This document shows, one piece after another, positions 57,977 to 64,000 of a stretch of 64,000 bases of DNA; position 1 is the first letter of the stretch, and each line of letters opens with the position of its first letter. Origin of the DNA: Deltaproteobacteria bacterium (GTDB lineage: Bacteria; Bdellovibrionota_G; JALEGL01; JAGRMV01); NCBI GenBank assembly GCA_020441045.1, contig JAGRMV010000001.1:8167-72166 (forward strand). The letters run 5' to 3'. The notes below the pieces were generated by a model, which searched no databases, had not been told where the DNA came from, and worked only from the letters and a program-made list of their open reading frames with translations. The position numbers and the translations under genes are program-made.

Positions 57977-59279
57977 GTTGCAACCTCCTTTTGACCACCC
58001 CGCGAATGATAAAATACACCGGGATATTCAACAAACCAATTGCGACCAACAAACCAACCACATTCAACCCTAATGAAAGCATAACAATTCCAACTACGCT
58101 AGATAGAACCATAAAGCATGCGTTCATCACATTATTGGCTGCGATGATGCGTGATAAATATTTCTGATTTGAGCGATGCTGCATGATTGCATACAATGGA
58201 ACAATGTAAATACCTGAACACAGCGATAGCAAAAGCAAGCTTATCAAAATGAAAATACTCCATGATTGTTCTTGTAAAAATGTACTGATTGAAATCACCT
58301 GCATGGGATCAATCGAATTATTCTGGGTATAAAGCCAACTGAACAAGCCGAACAAAAATATTGATAGACTTATGCCAAAAGACCCAAATGGTACCAAACG
58401 TCCATTGATTTCACCACGCAAAAGCTTATTGCACAGTATAGATCCGACCCCGATTCCTATCGAGAAAATGGTCAGGAGCAAGGTCACAAGATATTCATTG
58501 CCACCAAGTACTTGTTTACAATAAATAGGAAACTGGGTGATAAATGTGGCACCAATCAGCCAAAACCACGAAATCGCAATAATTGAAAGCCATACCGTAT
58601 GTTCCTGTTTTGCGTAATGAATGATATTTTTGGTTTCTATGATTATGTTCCAACCTATACGCAGTGAAGGGTCTGAAACTTGGGTCTTTGGAATATAGCG
58701 GCTGGCCAGCCATCCGACGAACGCGCACACCACTACGATTGCACTGAGTATATAAATCCCAAAAGAAAAGCGGATCACAATACCTCCGATAATGGTGCCG
58801 AGCAATATCGCTAAAAATGTCCCCCCTTCAACATATGCATTACCGGGGATCAACTCGTCTTCATGCAAATGTTCAGGTAACAAGCTGTATTTGATGGGAC
58901 CAAAAAAAGTCGATTGCATACCCATAAAAAACAATATGATCAAAAGTCCCCAAACACTCTGCATATAAAATCCAGTAAAGCACAAGATCATAAGTACAAT
59001 TTCAACCATCTTAATGATGGTTGCTAGATTTGATTTTTCATAGCGATCTGCCATTTGTCCGGCGGTTGCTGAAAATAAGAAGAAAGGTAAAATAAATATA
59101 CCTGCCGCCAACGCCAAAAACTGTCCTTCATCCATGGGTACGCGATCAGACATTTCAAACGTAAACCAAATCAAAAAGGCATTTTTAAATGCATTATCAT
59201 TGAGCACACCTAAAAACTGGGTCAAAAACAATGGCAAAAATCGTCGATCGGTAAAAAGTCTAGATGTATTTTTTTTCAT
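57969..59279 (-). CDS. lplT: MFS lysophospholipid transporter LplT-like
   Basis: 436 aa, 12-TM MFS; immediately upstream of and overlapping aas, as in E. coli lplT-aas. Confidence 0.75.
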   Translation of the reverse strand: MKKNTSRLFTDRRFLPLFLTQFLGVLNDNAFKNAFLIWFTFEMSDRVPMDEGQFLALAAGIFILPFFLFSATAGQMADRYEKSNLATIIKMVEIVLMILCFTGFYMQSVWGLLIILFFMGMQSTFFGPIKYSLLPEHLHEDELIPGNAYVEGGTFLAILLGTIIGGIVIRFSFGIYILSAIVVVCAFVGWLASRYIPKTQVSDPSLRIGWNIIIETKNIIHYAKQEHTVWLSIIAISWFWLIGATFITQFPIYCKQVLGGNEYLVTLLLTIFSIGIGVGSILCNKLLRGEINGRLVPFGSFGISLSIFLFGLFSWLYTQNNSIDPMQVISISTFLQEQSWSIFILISLLLLSLCSGIYIVPLYAIMQHRSNQKYLSRIIAANNVMNACFMVLSSVVGIVMLSLGLNVVGLLVAIGLLNIPVYFIIRGVVKRRLQHA

Positions 59280-59297
59280 ACCATAACCTCATTTCTC

Positions 59298-59906
59298 TTA
59301 CGCATTTTGCGCTAATCCTGCAGTATAATGATCTACAAAATTGCCTACCAACATATTGATTTTGTCGGCTGCCCGACCTACGATATCAATGCGTCCACTT
59401 AAACTCAGTTGACATATCCCGTGGACACTGGCCCATATTACTTTTGCACTTTGTTCTGCGTTTTCTTGTTTTTTACAAAGTCCCATCATCAAGATCGATT
59501 CAATGATTTTAAACAGTTGATTGACTTTGATCAAATACCAATCCGGTAATACTTTTTGATGAACGGAGCGATATTCATATAAACATGACCAACGATTAAA
59601 ATGGTCTATAGCAAAATTGATATAGAGATCAGATACTTGCGCTAGCATTTTTTGGGGTGATTGGGCATGCAGCAATACCTTTTGCATTTTTTCAATAATT
59701 TCAGTTAAGGTTTGGGCATTGATACGCAAAATAAGTTCATCATAATTTTCGAATACATTATAGAGTGTTCCCACTGAATATCCAATTTCCTTGGCCACCC
59801 GCCTGGCACTAAATTTGGCAAAACCTGAGGTCTCTATCAATAAAGTACCGGCTGTGATCGCCATCTGCCGAATTTCATCTCTTGTATGATCGTATCTACG
59901 TGCCAC
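59298..59906 (-). CDS. TetR/AcrR-family transcriptional regulator (GTG start)
   Basis: 202 aa; N-terminal HTH …FSARRVAKEIGYSVGTLYNVFENYDEL…; divergent from the DUF2339-like gene. Confidence 0.8.
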   Translation of the reverse strand: MARRYDHTRDEIRQMAITAGTLLIETSGFAKFSARRVAKEIGYSVGTLYNVFENYDELILRINAQTLTEIIEKMQKVLLHAQSPQKMLAQVSDLYINFAIDHFNRWSCLYEYRSVHQKVLPDWYLIKVNQLFKIIESILMMGLCKKQENAEQSAKVIWASVHGICQLSLSGRIDIVGRAADKINMLVGNFVDHYTAGLAQNA

Positions 59907-59957
59907 TATTTATCCTTTATGTACATCGCGTACCCAGCCCATGGGGGCACATTTTTT

Positions 59958-59976
59958 AATTGAACACTGTTCAATT
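59958..59976. promoter_or_regulatory. Perfect 9-1-9 palindrome AATTGAACA-C-TGTTCAATT in the tetR/DUF2339 divergent intergenic region; candidate TetR operator
   Basis: Exact inverted repeat, 46 nt upstream of the 60022 ATG and 52 nt from the tetR start. Confidence 0.4.
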
Positions 59977-60021
59977 GTATGCTATTGTGAATACAAACGC
60001 AAGCCCAAAAAGGGAGAATTT

Positions 60022-62631
60022 ATGACAATCATTTTTATCATTGGATTAACCATCATCGTCTGTATCAACATCAGTCGCATCACTGCGCTCACCCAAAAAA
60101 TGAAGTTTTTAGAAAACAGGGTAAAGATGCTACAACATCGCTTGCATGCATCTGGCGACATTGCCCCCACGCAAAAATCAGAAAAGCCGTTGTCCTTCGA
60201 GGATAAAGTATCAACCATGTCGACGCCATTGCAAAACTTGAAACAGACGCAATACAATTTTCCAGAAACAACCCCAAAGTCCGAACCAAATTTTCAAGCT
60301 GCGCAAAAAACAAAAATCCCAAAAACCAAACGCGATCACCGATCACTCGAGCGCAAAATATTTTCACAGCTACCCATTTGGCTGGGTGGGATTGCTTTAA
60401 GTTTTGCAGGATTTTATCTGGTCAAATACTCTTTAGAAAACAACCTACTAAGCCCCGCAACTCGAATCATAATGGGAGCCATATTCGGTTTTACTCTTTT
60501 GGTTGTTTCGGGCTTCTTCCAATCTCCAAAGCATGCCATTAAATACATTAGAATTAAACAAGCTTTGGCTGGAGCAGGCATCGCTGTTTTGTACGCAAGT
60601 GTTTTTTCTGCCACCCATCTCTACAACCTAGTGGCAATACCTATTGGTTTTATGCTTATGGCCAGTATCACGATGATGGCGGTTTTTCTTTCACTTTTTT
60701 ATGGCGCGCCCATCGCTTTACTAGGTCTATTAGGTGGCTATTTAACACCCATATTTGTAGGCTCGCAAGATAGCTCGCTCACCACACTTTTGATTTATCT
60801 ATATTTTCTTTTTGTTGGATTTTTGTACGTCATTCTTCAACAAAAATGGTGGAAACTATTGCCGATCTCGGTGTTAAGCATATTGCTTTGGGTTGTCTTC
60901 AGCATAATTGGGGACTCAGCACATATGTATCACTCTAGTTTATCGGTCTTCTTGCTGTCGATTTGCACAACTTCGTTGATTTTTAGCAAGTTATTTAATG
61001 TCAAGGTACATGACAAAGCCAGTGCCCACCACACTATGATGGCACTTTTTGGGATCTCACTGGTATTGGTAGCTTATATGACTTCCGTTTTGAACTTCTC
61101 TACTTTGCAACTGATTTTATATGCTTTGCTCGCATTTTCATCGATGTTCTTAGCCTATGCAAGCCATGCAACGTACCGAACCTTACCTTGGATTGCGCTG
61201 ATCTCAATCGGAATAGGACTTGGATCTTGGCAAACCATGGCTGTTCGAGCTGTATTTTCCATTCATCTTATTTATTTTATCATCTTTGTCGGTGCTGGTC
61301 TGTGGATTGGCATAAGAAAGTTTCATGACCAAGGAGAATATTGGCTGACTTTTACCCTCGCTTCAGCTGTTACTTTATTTTCTACTCTTGCGTACAATTT
61401 GTATCAGGGTGATTTCGTACAACCCTTCGCCTTTTTTTGGCCAGCCATCACAACATTTTTTTATATCCCGCTTGGTTGGGTTCTATTGACAACCATTTCA
61501 AAGCGCAACATCAAAAATGAAAATATATTTATCCTCACAATTATTTCTTTGGTTTATGTTACAACCATAAGTTTTTGCCTTGAATTGGCTCAAGACTCGT
61601 GGCCCTTGTTGTTGGCCATAGAAGCGTTGATCATCAGTATGATTTATCGAAAAACCCGCATCACCCGTATCAAGTACATCGGTGTAATTTTGGGGATTGG
61701 TTTTTGCGTATTTACAATCCCTCAAATCATTGCGGGTATCAATCGATACCGCATGTACGCACATTGGCATAGAGCGCCATTGATGGCAAAATATCCTTTG
61801 ATTCACCTTGCAATACCGGCTTTGTTATTCTTCTTGGTAGGGAAAAACCACCACATGGTTACACGTGATTGGATCGCGAAGTTTTTTACCACTGTTGCCG
61901 TGCTAACCATTACAACGATGACCTACTTTATGACCCGACACCTATTTAGTCTAAATCACGAGGGTTTTGCTCGTAGTGTGTCCTTTTTAGAGCGTAGTAC
62001 GTGGACCAATATTGTCTTTGTTCTTGGACTTGGCAGCTTTTATCTTGGTCAAAAATTAGATATGGCGATACTGCAAACGCATGCCAAATGGCTTTTTGCT
62101 TTAGCTTGGGTGCGTATTCTAACTTTCGATGTTTTAGTTCTCAATCCCATATGGTCAAATGCGCATGTATATGGCATTGTCCCGATCAATACATTGTGTA
62201 TAACTTATCTGCTGCCCATATTTTTTACTACCCAATCCCTAACAAGATCCGTTTTTGATTCAAAACGCGCAGGCGTCTTATATACTTTTTCTTTTGTGCT
62301 GTTTTTTATGTGGATCACCACCAATATTCGTTTCTTTTTCCATCCCGATGCAATGATGCGAGGAACAACCAGCCATATCGAAATCTACACATATTCGATT
62401 GCATACTTATTGGTAAGCATCGGCCTTTTGGTTTATGGTTTAGCGGAAAAACATAAAGGTATTCGAAAAGCATCGATCGCTTTGATGACGTTGACGGTGA
62501 GTAAAGTTTTTCTATACGACGCTTCTAATCTAACCGGCATGTATCGTGTTCTCTCATTTTTAGGCCTTGGTATTTGCTTACTCACGATCAGCTTCATTTA
62601 TTCAAAATTTATCTTTAAGGACGAAACATAA
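60022..62631 (+). CDS. Large polytopic membrane protein (DUF2339-like), about 870 aa
   Basis: ATG at 60022, 5 nt after AGGGAG (the track ORF starts upstream at 59941); N-terminal TM plus coiled-coil/linker, then about 25 predicted TM helices. Confidence 0.55.
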   Translation: MTIIFIIGLTIIVCINISRITALTQKMKFLENRVKMLQHRLHASGDIAPTQKSEKPLSFEDKVSTMSTPLQNLKQTQYNFPETTPKSEPNFQAAQKTKIPKTKRDHRSLERKIFSQLPIWLGGIALSFAGFYLVKYSLENNLLSPATRIIMGAIFGFTLLVVSGFFQSPKHAIKYIRIKQALAGAGIAVLYASVFSATHLYNLVAIPIGFMLMASITMMAVFLSLFYGAPIALLGLLGGYLTPIFVGSQDSSLTTLLIYLYFLFVGFLYVILQQKWWKLLPISVLSILLWVVFSIIGDSAHMYHSSLSVFLLSICTTSLIFSKLFNVKVHDKASAHHTMMALFGISLVLVAYMTSVLNFSTLQLILYALLAFSSMFLAYASHATYRTLPWIALISIGIGLGSWQTMAVRAVFSIHLIYFIIFVGAGLWIGIRKFHDQGEYWLTFTLASAVTLFSTLAYNLYQGDFVQPFAFFWPAITTFFYIPLGWVLLTTISKRNIKNENIFILTIISLVYVTTISFCLELAQDSWPLLLAIEALIISMIYRKTRITRIKYIGVILGIGFCVFTIPQIIAGINRYRMYAHWHRAPLMAKYPLIHLAIPALLFFLVGKNHHMVTRDWIAKFFTTVAVLTITTMTYFMTRHLFSLNHEGFARSVSFLERSTWTNIVFVLGLGSFYLGQKLDMAILQTHAKWLFALAWVRILTFDVLVLNPIWSNAHVYGIVPINTLCITYLLPIFFTTQSLTRSVFDSKRAGVLYTFSFVLFFMWITTNIRFFFHPDAMMRGTTSHIEIYTYSIAYLLVSIGLLVYGLAEKHKGIRKASIALMTLTVSKVFLYDASNLTGMYRVLSFLGLGICLLTISFIYSKFIFKDET

Positions 62632-62694
62632 ATAAACTAAAACATGGCATAACGCAGTTGCATATTTTGACTCTATGTGCCTATAGTGTTTGCT

Positions 62695-64000
62695 ATGAGG
62701 GGCCTACGATTTTTTTTGTTTACCATCACAATCATTATCGCCAAGCTAAGCATATCTTTAGCACTGGAGGATGACCTATGCCGTGGGCCGAGTATGCCCC
62801 TGTTTGAGACCACTGCACAAATGACCGTTACCATTACTGCACCTTTTATAGATGGTTTATATACGCAAGAAAATCGTGACAAACGGGCCTTCAAAAGATT
62901 CAATCAACATATTCTGCTAACCGGTAGCGCGCCGATGGATGGTATGTCACCGGGTGAATTGATGCCTGATCTGGGTGATGATGGCACATTCAAAGGTCAT
63001 CTATCCATTCAAAGTGAAGGCGCCGATCTACAAACATACAATATGGAGATTGAACTTTCTGGCCGCAGCCGCGCTAGTGACACAGTTCGTTTCAAATATG
63101 CTCCATTTAAAATCAGTATCGATGGGCAAGACCTGGACCAAAACAGTATTTTGTATGGTAGCAATGGCACCAAAAAAAAGAAAAAAGCCAAAATCAAAAT
63201 TGTTCCCCAGCAAGTCTATGATTTGCCAGATGGCCCCGTTTTCTCAGACTCATTGCTTAAAGAATATTTTTCTTATGAGCTTTTGCATCTGCTGACCCAG
63301 CAATCGTTTAAAACAAAACTCGTTCATTTGAACTTGGTGGATAGCAACAGCGGTCAGGCATTAACAGAAATTCCTTTACAAGCGATTGTGATCGAACCCA
63401 CCAAAGCCTTTGAAGCCCGCTGCGATGTTTCTCATGTTGATCCAGATGATTGGATCGCCGAAGATCCCAACCAGCAAGAAGCGCAAACGCTTGCCTTTCA
63501 AAAACAGGCGCAACAATGGCAACAGTGGAGCCAAAAATTTCCCATACAAGTTCTGCGAATCATGACTTTCAATAAAATCATTGCGAATTCTGATACCTCA
63601 TTTTATGATCCTATGCTCCAGTTTGCTAGCGGTATTCCCCCATATCCGATCAAAAATACAAAATGGTACCAAACAAACAATGGCTGGATGCCAGTATCAT
63701 ATGATTTTAATGATTCACCTATGGTTGCCTATACACAGCAAGGCTGTAAGGACAAACAAATCTGCTGGCCACAATGGCGCCATAATAACAAAAGTCTTTT
63801 ACATGCACCCGTTTTAGACCATACCGATGATCCATCGGCGTATGCGAAAGTATTTGGTGAAGATTGGCCAAACATTCTGCCGCAAAAACGGTCAGAAGTT
63901 CAATCCATTGTACAACAGCTTTGCCAAGTCCTACCCCAATGGAAAACGATTTTGGTGCAACACAAAACACAAATGCACCAACCGACCAAGGTGGTCATGC
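62695..64000 (+). CDS. Secreted hypothetical protein, partial (runs off the right edge; not in the supplied ORF track)
   Basis: I translated this frame codon by codon: no stop from the TGA at 62668 to nt 64000 (at least 435 codons). ATG at 62695 gives a Sec-type signal MRGLRFFLFTITIIIAKLSISLA. Contains a poly-Lys patch TKKKKKAKIK and a Q/W-rich segment. Confidence 0.5.
   Translation, partial: MRGLRFFLFTITIIIAKLSISLALEDDLCRGPSMPLFETTAQMTVTITAPFIDGLYTQENRDKRAFKRFNQHILLTGSAPMDGMSPGELMPDLGDDGTFKGHLSIQSEGADLQTYNMEIELSGRSRASDTVRFKYAPFKISIDGQDLDQNSILYGSNGTKKKKKAKIKIVPQQVYDLPDGPVFSDSLLKEYFSYELLHLLTQQSFKTKLVHLNLVDSNSGQALTEIPLQAIVIEPTKAFEARCDVSHVDPDDWIAEDPNQQEAQTLAFQKQAQQWQQWSQKFPIQVLRIMTFNKIIANSDTSFYDPMLQFASGIPPYPIKNTKWYQTNNGWMPVSYDFNDSPMVAYTQQGCKDKQICWPQWRHNNKSLLHAPVLDHTDDPSAYAKVFGEDWPNILPQKRSEVQSIVQQLCQVLPQWKTILVQHKTQMHQPTKVVM

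Noticed and set aside
62975-63295. Track ORFs 62975..63295 (+), 63581..63817 (+), 63009..63197 (-), 63028..63213 (-), 63719..63970 (-)
   Set aside because: All overlap, in other frames or on the other strand, the continuous open frame of at least 435 codons at 62695-64000, which has a convincing signal peptide. Short ORFs of this size are expected by chance.
1-64000. CRISPR arrays, tRNA/rRNA genes, IS elements or prophage genes
   Set aside because: No spaced direct-repeat arrays, no GTTCGAATC-type tRNA T-loop cores in the intergenic regions, and no transposase, integrase or phage-structural ORFs were seen. Absence by eye only; tRNAscan/Infernal/ISfinder would settle it.

Overview
The window is 64 kb of AT-rich (about 40% GC) Gram-negative chromosome, mostly housekeeping genes. 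Several operon orders match E. coli (lplT-aas; cls followed by ybhP/ybhQ-like genes; ygiD; bcp), and there is an ankyrin-repeat remnant. That suggests a gammaproteobacterium, possibly Legionellales-like or amoeba-associated, but this is a low-confidence guess. One caveat about the ORF track: it translates GTG/TTG starts as M and omits ORFs that run off the window edge without a stop. I found no rRNA, tRNA, CRISPR array or obvious mobile element, and no clear novel defence or toxin system.

Content in order:
1. 1-1101 (+): 3' part of a sodium:solute symporter family gene.
2. 1187-3381: a glycosylasparaginase/isoaspartyl-peptidase-like Ntn hydrolase with a Tat-like RR signal (+), convergent with an M19 membrane dipeptidase lipoprotein (-).
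3. 3637-5168 (+): a eukaryote-type kynurenine-pathway pair, 3-hydroxyanthranilate 3,4-dioxygenase (HAAO) and ACMS decarboxylase.
4. 5332-6111 (-): a short-chain dehydrogenase/reductase (SDR) with no visible catalytic Tyr.
5. 6163-23368 (-): one long run of translationally coupled genes, galU, a periplasmic hypothetical, priA, rsmH, ftsL, ftsI, murE, murF, mraY, murD, ftsW, murG, a 202-aa 2-TM hypothetical, then murC. Many junctions are ATGA overlaps. This is a truncated dcw cluster: no mraZ upstream and no murB/ddl/ftsQAZ after murC. An antisense GNAT gene sits between the murG-coupled hypothetical and murC.
6. 23830-28233 (+): a 1467-aa secreted subtilisin-like S8 protease behind a 460-bp AT-rich leader.
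7. 28442-35556 (-): a complete Bat-type operon, MoxR ATPase, DUF58, DUF4381-like, BatA, a fused BatB/BatC with a long acidic Q/K/D/E-rich tail, and BatD.
8. 35748-37807 (+): an OmpR-family response regulator and histidine kinase. The kinase's natural ATGA-overlapping start is followed by an in-frame TAG 16 codons later.
9. 37798-40424 (-): cardiolipin synthase, an endonuclease/exonuclease/phosphatase (EEP) family protein and a PGPGW membrane protein, arranged as in E. coli clsB-ybhP-ybhQ.
10. 40614-40928 (+): a small acidic protein with a strong RBS and a textbook intrinsic terminator.
11. 40979-42407: ygiD-like DOPA dioxygenase (-) and bcp (+).
12. 42431-46893 (-): an RND pump with a TolC-like channel but no adaptor (membrane fusion protein, MFP) gene.
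13. 46983-48239 (-): a nucleoside-recognition-domain membrane protein.
14. 48.4-55 kb: an accessory-looking block of four secreted or membrane hypotheticals, a glutathione-dependent formaldehyde-activating (GFA) family protein plus a glyoxalase-like (VOC) protein, and an ankyrin-repeat pseudogene remnant.
15. 55095-59906 (-): tetR, lplT, aas and a CAAX protease/bacteriocin-processing (CPBP) family membrane protease in one tight operon.
16. 59958-62631: a palindromic TetR-type operator and a divergent about 870-aa DUF2339-like polytopic membrane protein (+).
17. 62695-64000 (+): an unlisted secreted-protein ORF of at least 435 aa running off the right edge.
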